From NCBI RefSeq assembly GCF_002087085.1, contig NZ_MWQY01000014.1, positions 1 to 64,000 on the forward strand: DNA of 64,000 nt, given 5' to 3'. The notes beneath the pieces are model-generated. The model saw nothing but the letters and a program-made list of their open reading frames with translations. It was not told where the DNA came from and did not search any database. This document shows, one piece after another, positions 18,603 to 29,052 of this stretch. Numbering within the stretch: the stretch's first letter is position 1; each line of letters opens with the position of its first letter. Made by a program: the position numbers and the translations under genes.

Positions 18603-19270
18603 AAATCCTGGCCTTTGACACCTCCGGTCCTGTGCTGTCCGTCGCCCTTGAGACCCCGCGGGGAAGATATGCCCTGATCCGTGATATCGGTCTGCGCCAC
18701 GGGGAAATTCTGGCCTCCCTTATTCAGCAGCTCTGCACTGATGGGGAAACATCAATACGGGACCTGGATCTTATTGTCTGTGCCCGCGGTCCGGGCTCCT
18801 TCACCGGTCTTCGTATAGGCATGTCCCTGGCCAAGGGGCTTTCCGCCGGAAGCGGAGTTCCCCTGGTTTCCCTTCCGGTACCGGATATTCTTGTTCACCC
18901 CTACTCCTTTTACGCGTCCCCGGTAATTCCGGTAATCGATGCCAAAAAAGGACGCTTTTACGGGGCATGCTACATCGGCGGAACCAGGAAAAGCGAATAT
19001 TTTGATCTGGATGCAGAAACGATTGTACGACGTTATAATTCAGCCGAAGGGATTCTTATAGCTGGCCCCGATGCGGAACTTTTCAAATCCGGACTCTCCG
19101 AGACCGGGAATGTTTCCTTTGCCCCTTACTCTCCGACAGCGGTTTTTGATATGCTTTCCATGGGACCGGTTCAGCTTGAAACGACCGGTCCGGATGCTCC
19201 CGGGCAGGGTCCCCTGTATATACGGAAAAGTGAAGCAGAACTGGGAATGGAGAAGGATAATGGAGGATGA
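18599..19270 (+). CDS. tsaB: tRNA t6A biosynthesis protein TsaB
   Basis: MKILAFDTS, GPGSFTGLRIG, IDAKKG, PLYIR; ATGA overlap with tsaE. Confidence 0.93.
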   Translation: MKILAFDTSGPVLSVALETPRGRYALIRDIGLRHGEILASLIQQLCTDGETSIRDLDLIVCARGPGSFTGLRIGMSLAKGLSAGSGVPLVSLPVPDILVHPYSFYASPVIPVIDAKKGRFYGACYIGGTRKSEYFDLDAETIVRRYNSAEGILIAGPDAELFKSGLSETGNVSFAPYSPTAVFDMLSMGPVQLETTGPDAPGQGPLYIRKSEAELGMEKDNGG

Positions 19271-20282
19271 CAGGACGGGCATCATCCGTTTTAAGGAGAA
19301 TCATCATAAGCGGAGTGCAGTTCCCCAGGCAGTTCTGGGATCCGATCTTCACACGACCTGGGTAAATAAGGCCTTCAAGGATCTTTTTCACCACCAGGAT
19401 ACCTGTACCGGCGAACATATAGCGACTTTTGCACACCTGACCGGACTCGATGGGAGATCCCTCTTCCATCAACTGAAAGATCCTTCGACGGGCTACTCCT
19501 TTACCGGTAATGGAGAAAGCAGATTCCAGCATTACCCGCGGCTCATTACCAATGTTCATATTGTTCCCATATTCCAGGAACCCTATGCCGATGAAATCAT
19601 CGAAGGATACTGTGCCTATTTTCACGATGCCACACAAAGTCACAAACAAAGCTTAAGGGCGATCTTTTTGAGTCTTCTGGAAGCATCCCGGATGAAGGAC
19701 AATGATACCGGCCGTCATATTGAGCGGGTTAATCGTTACTCCGCTCTTATGGCTGAATACATGTACAAGGATGGTACGGATTTACAGGTAGACCGTGATT
19801 TTGTGGATAACATATCCTTCCTGGCTGCCATGCATGATGTAGGAAAGATAGGTGTTCCCGATGACATCCTCAATAAAGCGGGCCCTCTGGCGGACTGGGA
19901 ATGGGAAATCATGACCACCCACACCTTGAACGGGGCCTATATTCTCGGGGCCTATCCTGATTCCATGGCGGTCGAAATTGCCAGGAGTCATCATGAACGC
20001 TGGGACGGTTCCGGGTATCCCTATGGCCTTATGGAAGATATGATTCCCTTGAGCGCCCGTATCGTTACCATTGCGGATGTCTACGATGCCCTGCGCAGCA
20101 GGCGTGCGTACAAGGATGAGATGAGTCACGAGCAAGCTTCAGAATTGATTATACTCGGGAGCAGAACTCAGTTCGACCCTGACCTGGTGGAAATATTCCG
20201 GGTCCTCAAGGATAATTTCGCCGATATCTACAATGAACTCGACGACGCTAGTCATCCTCACTCTTCCGGGACGAAGAGGTAA
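19260..20282 (+). CDS. HD-GYP c-di-GMP phosphodiesterase with a PAS-like N-terminus
   Basis: [23 protein letters not shown]; start at ATG 19260. Confidence 0.88.
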   Translation: MEDDRTGIIRFKENHHKRSAVPQAVLGSDLHTTWVNKAFKDLFHHQDTCTGEHIATFAHLTGLDGRSLFHQLKDPSTGYSFTGNGESRFQHYPRLITNVHIVPIFQEPYADEIIEGYCAYFHDATQSHKQSLRAIFLSLLEASRMKDNDTGRHIERVNRYSALMAEYMYKDGTDLQVDRDFVDNISFLAAMHDVGKIGVPDDILNKAGPLADWEWEIMTTHTLNGAYILGAYPDSMAVEIARSHHERWDGSGYPYGLMEDMIPLSARIVTIADVYDALRSRRAYKDEMSHEQASELIILGSRTQFDPDLVEIFRVLKDNFADIYNELDDASHPHSSGTKR

Positions 20283-20496
20283 AAAAATCCGCCAGGCTTC
20301 CAAGGTCCGAGGGACTTTTTGAGGCTGCCCTGTTCTCACTCTGGATTGCCTCATAGACTTCGTGGCGATAGACCTTTACAGTTTTTGGTGCAAGGATTCC
20401 CAGCTTTACATGGTCTCCCTTGATTTCAACGACGGAGACCTCGATGGTATCATTTATTATGATCTTCTCATTCAGTTTTCGCGAGAGTATCAGCAT
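20248..20496 (-). CDS. csrA: Carbon storage regulator CsrA
   Basis: MLILSRK...VKLGI.AP..V.VYRHEVY. Confidence 0.96.
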   Translation of the reverse strand: MLILSRKLNEKIIINDTIEVSVVEIKGDHVKLGILAPKTVKVYRHEVYEAIQSENRAASKSPSDLGSLADFFTSSSRKSEDD

Positions 20497-20948
20497 GCGG
20501 TATCCTCCCCCGCATGTTTCATCTCTTCGATGATGCTGTGCCGCACGTGCCAGCGTTCGTCCCCCGAGATAATCTGCCGGCCCTGCCGGGTCTGACGATT
20601 AATCAGGAGCGGCCCCTGCAGGTTGGCGGTCATTCTTTTCTGATCCTCAGGAATGGTAACTATGGAAAAAACGAGAAGGTTCGCATCCCCCTCTTTGAGG
20701 ATCCCCAGGGCTTCAAGGTCTTCAGTGGAAACAGCGGGAGAATAATCAGGCCGGAATACCCGGGGGTCTATCAGAACAAAGGCTATGTCCCGTTCATCCA
20801 GCGATTGGAACCAGTAGAAAGGGGGATGTTCAGAGTCCATCAAGGCGAATTCAGTAAAACCCTCGAATCCGAAGAGCCCTTTTTGCAGGGTAATTCTCTG
20901 TCTTTCGTCAATGTCCAGTTCCCCGTAAGCTTTGGTATCAATCATCAT
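20490..20948 (-). CDS. fliW: Flagellar assembly factor FliW
   Basis: [24 protein letters not shown]; adjacent to csrA. Confidence 0.95.
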   Translation of the reverse strand: MMIDTKAYGELDIDERQRITLQKGLFGFEGFTEFALMDSEHPPFYWFQSLDERDIAFVLIDPRVFRPDYSPAVSTEDLEALGILKEGDANLLVFSIVTIPEDQKRMTANLQGPLLINRQTRQGRQIISGDERWHVRHSIIEEMKHAGEDTAC

Positions 20949-20975
20949 GCCGGTACACTCCTTTCAGACTGGGCC

Positions 20976-22220
20976 TTAACGCAGGAAATCCATCAAAGTG
21001 GGCTGCAGAATGCGTCCGGCGGTCTGAAGGGCCGCCTTGTGGGTGTATTCAAGCATCTTGAGCTCCAGAATGGCCTCCGCCATGTCGATATCAGAAGCCA
21101 GTGAGTTCTGTTCCTGAGTCTGGGGGATTTCACGGTTCAGACGGTTCCAGACAATCTCCATCCGTTCATCAACGGATCCCAGTTTGGCGATCTCCTGGAC
21201 CAGGTTATTCTGGGCTGTGGTGATTCCCTGGATACCACGTCCGCCGATATCGAGGGTATCCCCCGAGTAGAGACTGTCACGCAGGGATATTACCATGTCA
21301 AATACCGAACCGCCGGATTCCCGGGCATCCGAAGCGATATTGAAAGGAGGTCGTCCGTTTCCGGAAACAACACCCAGATCCTGCAGTACTGTACCCCCCT
21401 GTTCGTCTTCCAGAAGAATCTGGTGGGGCACAGTACTGCGAATATTCAGAGAATTTGAGACGGGATCCAGGTAGGCATCCACCGCCGCATCGGAATCCTT
21501 TATTTTGGCGATAATGCCGTGAATATTGTCTCCCGCAGCAAGAGGAACACGTACCCCGTCTATCAGGATCGCGGTATCCTCCGCAACCGTATAAGTTTCG
21601 GCGTTCACACCGGAGAAGATCTGATGCTGCTCCGCCCAGAAAATATTGTTGCCCCGGAACCCTGCGGGAATCAGATTTTCATCGGATATCTCCACAAAGT
21701 TGTCTTTGTTGCCCCCCACATAGTCGACCTTGGAAATAACCCTTCCATTGATTTCCGGATGCCTGGATTCCAGAGCACGGAAGGGCTCGGTGATATTCCG
21801 GTCTCCTCCGAATAGTTTGCTTCCGTCTGCACCGGAGGAGTTGGCTACTTCCACCAGCTCCTTCAGAAGCTCATTGACCTCCTGGCCCATAATCTTTTTG
21901 TCATCCTTTGTAAAGGTGCCGGTGGCTCCCTGGACGGCGATTTCCCGTATCCGGTGGAGAATCTGATTGGCCTCGTTCATGTAACCCTCGGCCACCCGGC
22001 GGAAGCTCTGGACATTCTCCACGTTCTCCTGGAAACGTTCCAGCCGGGAAATCCGGGAGAGAAAGCGGGCTGAATGGGCTGCGGCTACCGGTGCATCCCG
22101 CAGTTCCTTGATCCTCGTCTGTTCCGCCATCTTGTTCTGAAGGTCATTCATCAGCTTCTGCCGGCGGTAGGTGTGGTAGATCATGTCGTTGTTTGCCTGG
22201 TTCGTGCTAACTCTGTTCAT
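20976..22220 (-). CDS. flgL: Flagellar hook-associated protein 3 FlgL
   Basis: Flagellin-like termini (RIREIAVQGA, LQPTLMDFLR); follows flgK. Confidence 0.93.
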   Translation of the reverse strand: MNRVSTNQANNDMIYHTYRRQKLMNDLQNKMAEQTRIKELRDAPVAAAHSARFLSRISRLERFQENVENVQSFRRVAEGYMNEANQILHRIREIAVQGATGTFTKDDKKIMGQEVNELLKELVEVANSSGADGSKLFGGDRNITEPFRALESRHPEINGRVISKVDYVGGNKDNFVEISDENLIPAGFRGNNIFWAEQHQIFSGVNAETYTVAEDTAILIDGVRVPLAAGDNIHGIIAKIKDSDAAVDAYLDPVSNSLNIRSTVPHQILLEDEQGGTVLQDLGVVSGNGRPPFNIASDARESGGSVFDMVISLRDSLYSGDTLDIGGRGIQGITTAQNNLVQEIAKLGSVDERMEIVWNRLNREIPQTQEQNSLASDIDMAEAILELKMLEYTHKAALQTAGRILQPTLMDFLR

Positions 22221-22222
22221 TA

Positions 22223-24100
22223 TCAAACTCCAAGGCGGTTAATGATTGTGTCGAGCATGGAATTAAAGGTGCTGATAAATCTGGCTGCAGCGTTGTATCC
22301 GTGCTGAAATTTAATAAGCTGAGAGAACTCTTCGTCTATATTTACCCCGGAGAGGGCCTGTTTCATTCCTTCAAGCTCCTTCATTACCAGGTTCTCCGTT
22401 TCGAAGGTCCGCTGAGCCTGTTCACCCCTCAAGCCGGCATCGGCTATGGTTTCTGCAAAAAAGTCGTCGAAGCTCATCAGGTTTCCCAGCATTACAGGGC
22501 GCGTTCTCAGCTGGGCTACAGAGAGGGCAGCGCTCCCGTCTCCGGGATTCGCAGGCCTGCCGTTTTCACCGAACCCGGCGGCAAGGCGATTGATATCGTT
22601 TTTCAAGGCCCCTGAGATTTCTATCCAGCCCGATGGGTGGGCCACCGGAGCTACGGCATAATTATCTCCACCGCCGCGGAAAGCCAGAACCGCGTCGGCC
22701 TGTTCCCAGTCATAGGCTCCCTCGGCTCCCGAGCCCTGAAGAATGCCGGCATAGCCCACGAGAAACTGTCCGGAATCCTCGATGTGGCGGATAACAAAAT
22801 CGGGATTTTCAAGCTCCGTCGCCGGCAGAGCCTTCATGGCCATTCTTCCGGACTGGTCAAGCCGTGCCACGACTTCGGCCCCTGAGCGGTTGATTCTGCT
22901 GATTACATCCCCTACGGTATCCGTGGGATTATAGGGGATTTCTATATTTCCCTGCGGACCGGACAGCGTAATAGTGCCCTGCAGGCCCAGATGATCCTGA
23001 GGATTGAGATTGTTTGTTCCGCTGACCCGGAAAATGTAGGAGGAATCGAACTCCCCGTCTCCGTTACGGTCGTAGTTTCCCGCCACATCTGTAACAAAGG
23101 GAACTTCTTCAAAAAAGGCCCGGCCATTCTGTCCGTCCAGACCATAGGCGGAACGATGGATCTCGTTAACAAGATCGATATAATTCATGGCCAGGACATC
23201 GAGCTTCTGAATCTCCCCGCGGATGTCTCCGTCCCGCAAATCCAGCAGGGCCTGGAGTTTTCCTCCGGTAAAATAGGCCTCTTCGCCGCTCTCCGCCCAG
23301 CGGACGGTGGAGTAGCCTTCGTTCAGGGGATTCGGGTCGGTTCGCAGGGGGGTAAGGACCCTCCCCTGCATCAGATGCCGCCCCTGGGTATGAATGGAAA
23401 ACTCGTCGGGGTCGCGGTTATCCACGGTAATATTGATGAGGCCCGAAAGCTCCTTGACAAGAAGATCACGGCGGTCAAGCAGATCGTTGGGGTTGTCCCC
23501 CAGGGCTTCCACCTTAAGAATCTCCTCGTTCAGGGATCGTACATCGTTGAGTATTGCGTTAACCCTGCCCACGGTGGCGGTCAGATCATCCTCCACCATG
23601 TTGCGGATCTCCTTCATCCGGGAGTACTGGCGATGGATACCGTCCATCAGAGCCTCGCCTCTCTGTACCACCGCCTGCCGGGCAGCTCCCTCCTGGGGGT
23701 GTATGGACAACTCCTGCCAGGAGTCCCAGAAACGGTCCATCAGGGTTCGGACCGAAGATTCTGTGGGCTCGTTATACACCTGTTCGAGCTGCAGCATATA
23801 GGAGTCCCTGGCCTCCCAGTACCCCCTTCCGTTTGCCCGGGAGACAATCTTGCCCTCCAGGAGTTCGTCATGGACCCGCTCTATCCGGGTAATATCCACC
23901 CCCTGGCCTATCTGCCCAGGGGTATTCTCCCGGTTCAACTGTGGCATATAGAGGGCATCGGTGGGTTTGAAATGGACCCGCTGACGGGAGTAACCTTCGA
24001 CAGAAGCGTTGCTCAGGTTGTGTCCCACCGTTGTCATGCCCTGGGTATGGGCTATCAGGCTTCGTTTGCCGATTTCAATGCCGGAAAAGGTTGATTGCAT
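22223..24100 (-). CDS. flgK: Flagellar hook-associated protein 1 FlgK
   Basis: GHNLSNASVEGYSRQRV, SGVNIDEE...YNAAAR. Confidence 0.96.
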   Translation of the reverse strand: MQSTFSGIEIGKRSLIAHTQGMTTVGHNLSNASVEGYSRQRVHFKPTDALYMPQLNRENTPGQIGQGVDITRIERVHDELLEGKIVSRANGRGYWEARDSYMLQLEQVYNEPTESSVRTLMDRFWDSWQELSIHPQEGAARQAVVQRGEALMDGIHRQYSRMKEIRNMVEDDLTATVGRVNAILNDVRSLNEEILKVEALGDNPNDLLDRRDLLVKELSGLINITVDNRDPDEFSIHTQGRHLMQGRVLTPLRTDPNPLNEGYSTVRWAESGEEAYFTGGKLQALLDLRDGDIRGEIQKLDVLAMNYIDLVNEIHRSAYGLDGQNGRAFFEEVPFVTDVAGNYDRNGDGEFDSSYIFRVSGTNNLNPQDHLGLQGTITLSGPQGNIEIPYNPTDTVGDVISRINRSGAEVVARLDQSGRMAMKALPATELENPDFVIRHIEDSGQFLVGYAGILQGSGAEGAYDWEQADAVLAFRGGGDNYAVAPVAHPSGWIEISGALKNDINRLAAGFGENGRPANPGDGSAALSVAQLRTRPVMLGNLMSFDDFFAETIADAGLRGEQAQRTFETENLVMKELEGMKQALSGVNIDEEFSQLIKFQHGYNAAARFISTFNSMLDTIINRLGV

Positions 24101-24112
24101 TACAGGGACTCC

Positions 24113-24619
24113 TTACAGGTGCTGGTTTACCACCAGCGGTTCAGTGTCAGCAGTCCTGGTCTTTCCATGGCGGGAATAAATCCGCCCCTTGCGGTAGGGA
24201 AAGAGTTCGTTCAGGACAGCCTGCATTGTATCGCTGACACTTCGTATATGGCTGTCCAGGCTCCAGGTAACTCCCTTGATTTTAACGGTAGTGAATTTCA
24301 GGCTGCGGTACAGTTCCGCACATTCGCAGCGCATATCCTCGGGCAGACTCATTATTGCCTGGTAAAAGGGAATTGAATCGTCTGCATCAAAATCCGCGCA
24401 CAGGGCGGAATAGGCATCCCGGCGTTTTTTTTCTGTTGTATCAATCCAGTCGGCGATCTGCCCCATACGTTCCATATGATCCGACAGGGAAGTCCAGTCG
24501 CTCTGCTTGAGGGCATCTCGAAGCTTTTCTTCGTTGCACCGGAACTCCTCCATAAGGGAGATTTCCTGTTTCATGATTTGAACTAGTTCTTTAGCAGTTT
24601 TTAAACCCTTGGTGGACAT
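24113..24619 (-). CDS. flgN: FlgN-family flagellar export chaperone
   Basis: Helical protein directly upstream of flgK; start MSTKG with SD AGGAG. Confidence 0.75.
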   Translation of the reverse strand: MSTKGLKTAKELVQIMKQEISLMEEFRCNEEKLRDALKQSDWTSLSDHMERMGQIADWIDTTEKKRRDAYSALCADFDADDSIPFYQAIMSLPEDMRCECAELYRSLKFTTVKIKGVTWSLDSHIRSVSDTMQAVLNELFPYRKGRIYSRHGKTRTADTEPLVVNQHL

Positions 24620-24638
24620 AGATACTCCTCTTCTTCTA

Positions 24639-24666
24639 TATTCGGCTGTTTGCCTGCGCCGGTTAA
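24639..24666 (-). promoter_or_regulatory. sigma28 promoter of flgN-flgK-flgL-fliW-csrA
   Basis: TTAA-N16-GCCGAATA on the minus strand. Confidence 0.65.
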
Positions 24667-24895
24667 GAAGAAAATGGAGTCCCCTTACCATGGAAAAAAC
24701 GGGGAAACCCTTTCTGCAACTTTCGCTGCACTAATCTATTGGTGTCCCGAATCGTGGGGATAAAAAGTTCCCGGAACGCGAATATACCGGAAAACAGGAT
24801 AAAATCCATGAAATGCATGAGCGTTACCAGTAAATCCCGGGGGGTGGAGGTGTTACTGCAAACTCATCCCCACGGTTCTGAACACTAAACACGTA

Positions 24896-26320
24896 TCAGG
24901 GGTTCTGAGCCTGCCTGAGAATCTGCTGGTCCCTCAGCAGCAGGGGATTACCCGATAACTCGTCAAGACCTTCCTGGATAAGATTCCCCGCCTCCCTGTA
25001 TCGTTTTTCCCGGAAAAGTGCCACAAAGCGGTTATGGTAAAAGGCCGCAGCATTATGGGTGAATATCTCGAAAGCCTGACGTATCCGCTGGTCCGTCGAT
25101 TTCTGAAGCTCATGATCCCGGAAGTACTCCAGAGCTGCCAGATCCCCCTGGTCCAGGGCTATCTCTTTTGCCCGCCGTATATGAAGAACAGCAAGATACT
25201 CACTGTAGGTAGCATCCGAAATCAACCCATCATCGTGCAGGCGTTCCAGCTCCGTCAGGGAATCAAGGGGACCCCTTGTGGTACTGTAGCGGTAGATCAG
25301 TCCGTCCCCCAGAATATGGCGGTATTTCAGGAAGCTCTCTTCCGAAAGATCCCCCATTCCGTGCCGGAAGGAGAGCCGCGCCAGGGCCTCCTCTTCCCGC
25401 CCATCCCGACCGGCGATTACCGAAGAATTGTACAGAAGGGTATCCAGAATATTCGAATATTCATCATTCTCCCCCCAGCGAAGCCTCACCGCGTCGAGAA
25501 ATTCCAAAGCCTCATCGAATCGCCGTTCTCCATTCAGAACAGATGTGTAATTGATAAACTCTTTTCTCATCTCCGCTTCGGTCCGTTCGGTCCGTGTCAT
25601 GGCGTAGCGGTCCACCGCAAGCGGTACGGCCAGGTCGATTCTGTTTTCCCGCTGCAGCCTGGATATCCTGTTCTGCAGGATGAGACCGACAAGCTCCCTT
25701 TCATCGATGCCGGTCCGCAGGTGGTAATTTCCCGGGGGGACGTAGGTGAATCCCGTCTGGCCGAAGGCGTTGATAAACTCCCGTTTCTGTCCGGGATTAT
25801 ACCCGTAGGGATTGGTCGTCTCCACATCGGTTCCGGTACCGTTTTCGATTACCCTGCAGAAAGCGTGGTCAGGAGTAACGACCCCCTCAACCTGCAGACC
25901 CGCGAAGCGCGCCGCAATGGCATATAGAACGGCGGAAGAAACGCAGTTGTACCGACCCGTATTCAGGCTTACATGAATCAGTGTCTGGGGTTCAGCATAG
26001 CGGGTAAAAAGTTTCTCGTGAAGGTAATGAAGCACCGCTTCTCCCGCCGGAAGGGCACCGCTTTTTTCCCGCACATACCCGGGCAAACCGGAAAGCAGGC
26101 TGTGTATCCGGTTCCGGTACTCAGGAAAATCCTGCTCCCCGAGCCCGGAGGCGAACAGAGACGCTTCAATGAGCTGTGAAACCGCCGGGGGTCCGTCCAG
26201 ACTTCCGATTCCGGAGGTCCAGGGAGACGGTTCAATACGGGGATAATCCTCAGCTCCCAGGCCTGCATTAACCAGTATATAGAGCAGAGTTAATAAAGCC
26301 GCTTTTTTTCCTCTTTTCAT
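24896..26320 (-). CDS. Secreted transglutaminase-like/helical-repeat protein
   Basis: Signal peptide; YNCVS, PDHAF, DVETT (putative Cys-His-acid triad). Confidence 0.65.
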   Translation of the reverse strand: MKRGKKAALLTLLYILVNAGLGAEDYPRIEPSPWTSGIGSLDGPPAVSQLIEASLFASGLGEQDFPEYRNRIHSLLSGLPGYVREKSGALPAGEAVLHYLHEKLFTRYAEPQTLIHVSLNTGRYNCVSSAVLYAIAARFAGLQVEGVVTPDHAFCRVIENGTGTDVETTNPYGYNPGQKREFINAFGQTGFTYVPPGNYHLRTGIDERELVGLILQNRISRLQRENRIDLAVPLAVDRYAMTRTERTEAEMRKEFINYTSVLNGERRFDEALEFLDAVRLRWGENDEYSNILDTLLYNSSVIAGRDGREEEALARLSFRHGMGDLSEESFLKYRHILGDGLIYRYSTTRGPLDSLTELERLHDDGLISDATYSEYLAVLHIRRAKEIALDQGDLAALEYFRDHELQKSTDQRIRQAFEIFTHNAAAFYHNRFVALFREKRYREAGNLIQEGLDELSGNPLLLRDQQILRQAQNP

Positions 26321-26426
26321 AGCCTTCCCATAGTCAGAATATTACGAGTATACTACATGCGAATCAAGGAATACTTGATCTTCCTTATATGGAATATGTA
26401 ATAGAACGGAAGAAGGAGCTTGAACT

Positions 26427-27353
26427 ATGCAGCCCCAGCGAGACCTCATAATAGTTGGCGCAGGAGCAGCGGGATTGAGCGCAGCTGTATATGCCCTGGA
26501 AGAACGTCTGGACACTCTGGTAATAGAGGAAATGGCCGCCGGGGGACAATCACTGGTAGTAAACGAACTTATCAATTATCCCGGATTCCCGAACCCGGTA
26601 AGCGGGGTCGACTTTTCCATGCGAATGGAGATGCAGGCCCGTAACCTTGGGGTGGAGATCCTCAATACCAGCGTCATTTCCCTTGAGCGTAATGGTTCCG
26701 GCTTTGTTATGGAGACCGCAAAAGGAACAATGGAGGCAAGGGCCATAATTCTCGCCACCGGTTCGAAACCAAAGCAGCTTGAGGTGCCCGGGGAAAAGGA
26801 GTTCTCCGGCAGGGGAGTCTCCTACTGTGCCACCTGTGACGGTCCTTTCTTTAAAAACAGACGTATAACAGTAGTGGGAAGCGGTGATTCTGCCTGCGAC
26901 GAAGCCCTGTACCTCTCGGGTCTTTCTGAGAGAATCAGTATCGTTCACCGGGGAGAAACCATGAGCGCCCGTTTGGGTCTTGTTGAAAAGGTAGAAAAGA
27001 ACCCCCATATACGGCGCTTTCCGTACAGTGAGATAATCAGAATACAGGGACAGCAGAAGCTGCATTCCGTCACTCTCAAGGATGAGAAAACAGGCGAAAT
27101 CTGTGAGCATGAAACGGACGCCCTCTTTGTTTTTATAGGTTCTGTTCCCCGCACCGAACTTGCCATGGGTGCCAGAAAAGATCGTCATGGCAAGCTGCTT
27201 ACCAACGAAAAGATGGAAACAAGTATTCCAGGACTCTTTGCTGCCGGAGAAGTACGCAACACGCCGTTCCGTCAGATAGTTGTTGCCGCCGGAGAAGGTG
27301 CTGTGGCAGCCAGGAGCGCCGCCGAGTATATTGATTCCAGGGCTCTGCACTGA
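26427..27353 (+). CDS. trxB: Thioredoxin-disulfide reductase-like flavoprotein
   Basis: GAGAAG, ATG, GVSYCATCDG, GSGDSA. Confidence 0.88.
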   Translation: MQPQRDLIIVGAGAAGLSAAVYALEERLDTLVIEEMAAGGQSLVVNELINYPGFPNPVSGVDFSMRMEMQARNLGVEILNTSVISLERNGSGFVMETAKGTMEARAIILATGSKPKQLEVPGEKEFSGRGVSYCATCDGPFFKNRRITVVGSGDSACDEALYLSGLSERISIVHRGETMSARLGLVEKVEKNPHIRRFPYSEIIRIQGQQKLHSVTLKDEKTGEICEHETDALFVFIGSVPRTELAMGARKDRHGKLLTNEKMETSIPGLFAAGEVRNTPFRQIVVAAGEGAVAARSAAEYIDSRALH

Positions 27354-29047
27354 TGATATTCTCGAAGAGACTGGCATTTCTGCTTGTTCTCGCGTTGCTT
27401 ACCCCTGGTATTCACGGGGCACAGGCGGAAACCGTCTCCTGGCAGGACAGGGATTTAGGGAAATCCCAGGCTTTTTCCATGGCCTCATCCATGAGCGACG
27501 AAGAACTCCTGGGTCAGGTTTTCATGATAGGCTTCAAGGGACCCGGGGCGGATTCCACAATTCTTAGGTGGATCCGGGAGAAACATATCGGCGGGGTCAA
27601 GATCTTCGGATGGAACGGCGAGGACCTCAAGGTCCTTGCAGGGGCTGCGGGAACCATGCAGCAAACAGCGGCGGAGAGCGGCCAGGGAATTCCCCTCTTT
27701 ATTGCCACTGACCAGGAAGGGGGGTGGGTACGCCACGTCAAGGGAGAAACCTCCATTACCCCGGGCAATATGGGAATTGCTGCCGGGGGACTCCCCTACG
27801 ATGCATACCGGACGGGAAAACTCATCGGGGCGGAGCTCAGGGCCCTGGGAATCAACATGAATTTCGCTCCCACCGTGGATGTCTATGTCAATCCGGAGGC
27901 CCACGTTATAGGTCCCAGATCTTTTTCCTCGAACCCCTCAACCGTAGCTGTTATGGCCCAGGCCTACTATCACGGTATGCGTTCGGAGGGAATCATATCC
28001 ACGGCCAAACATTTCCCCGGACACGGAAACGCCGATGAGGACTCCCACGGATTCCTTCCAATAATTAACGACGATATCGAGACCCTCATGGAGCGGGACC
28101 TTCTGCCTTACAGGATGCTCATTCCCGAAGGGCTGCCCGCGATAATGACCGGACACCTTGCTTTTCCGGCGCTTACCGGTGACGCTACACCTGCTTCACT
28201 ATCGAAAAAGCTCATCCATGACCTGCTTCGTCTGCGTCTCGGCTTCAACGGACTTGTTATTACCGACGACCTGAGGATGAGCGGGGCTCAGCAGGGGGGT
28301 GAAAGCATTCCCCAGGCGGCGGAGGCTGCCCTGCGTGCCGGAAACGACATGATCATGATCTCCCTGGATTCCCGCCTGCATCAAAGGGTATGGGACCATC
28401 TTCACCGGGTACTTGAGACGGATCCCGATTTCCGCGAGATCCTCAGGAACGCGGTTACCAGGATTCTCACGATCAAGGAAGAATACCTGAACCGCCCCTG
28501 GTCGGTACCTCTGGAACCTGACCCCACGATCCTGGACAAGGCAATTCCCGCGGATACGGAGTATCTTTTTCAGCAGGCCTGCAGGGCAATCACGGCGGTG
28601 GCAGATAAGAGTCTGCCCCTGGATCCTTCCGCGAAGATCCTTCTTGCAGGTCAGCTCGGGGGATTTTTCCGGGAGGGGAAACGGCGCTTTCCCGCTTCCG
28701 ACAGCTTCGACTTCGCCTATACCCCCTTCTATTCCGCTCCCCCTGGAGCGGTGGAAGGAATAATCAGCCGGGCAGGCCGTTACGAGTACCTGGTGTTTCT
28801 TCTTGCAACGCCGGGGAGCGCGGAGGTTCTCAGCGAAGTTGTTCGAAAGGCCCCTGAACTGAAACCCCGCATTGTGATCATCTCCGTACTTACCCCGGTT
28901 TATCTTTTTTCCATGGACTGGGTTGATACCGCCCTCGCCGCCTATGGCACCGGGGATGAATCCTTCGCTGCCGCCTTTGCCGCCCTTGCCGGGGAGTTTA
29001 TTCCCAGGGGCAAACTCCCTGTAAGTAAAGCTTCCTTTGGAGAATAA
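27353..29047 (+). CDS. nagZ: Secreted GH3 beta-N-acetylglucosaminidase (NagZ-like)
   Basis: DQEGG, KHFPGHG...DSH, ITDDLRM; signal peptide. Confidence 0.85.
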   Translation: MIFSKRLAFLLVLALLTPGIHGAQAETVSWQDRDLGKSQAFSMASSMSDEELLGQVFMIGFKGPGADSTILRWIREKHIGGVKIFGWNGEDLKVLAGAAGTMQQTAAESGQGIPLFIATDQEGGWVRHVKGETSITPGNMGIAAGGLPYDAYRTGKLIGAELRALGINMNFAPTVDVYVNPEAHVIGPRSFSSNPSTVAVMAQAYYHGMRSEGIISTAKHFPGHGNADEDSHGFLPIINDDIETLMERDLLPYRMLIPEGLPAIMTGHLAFPALTGDATPASLSKKLIHDLLRLRLGFNGLVITDDLRMSGAQQGGESIPQAAEAALRAGNDMIMISLDSRLHQRVWDHLHRVLETDPDFREILRNAVTRILTIKEEYLNRPWSVPLEPDPTILDKAIPADTEYLFQQACRAITAVADKSLPLDPSAKILLAGQLGGFFREGKRRFPASDSFDFAYTPFYSAPPGAVEGIISRAGRYEYLVFLLATPGSAEVLSEVVRKAPELKPRIVIISVLTPVYLFSMDWVDTALAAYGTGDESFAAAFAALAGEFIPRGKLPVSKASFGE

Positions 29048-29052
29048 GGTTC

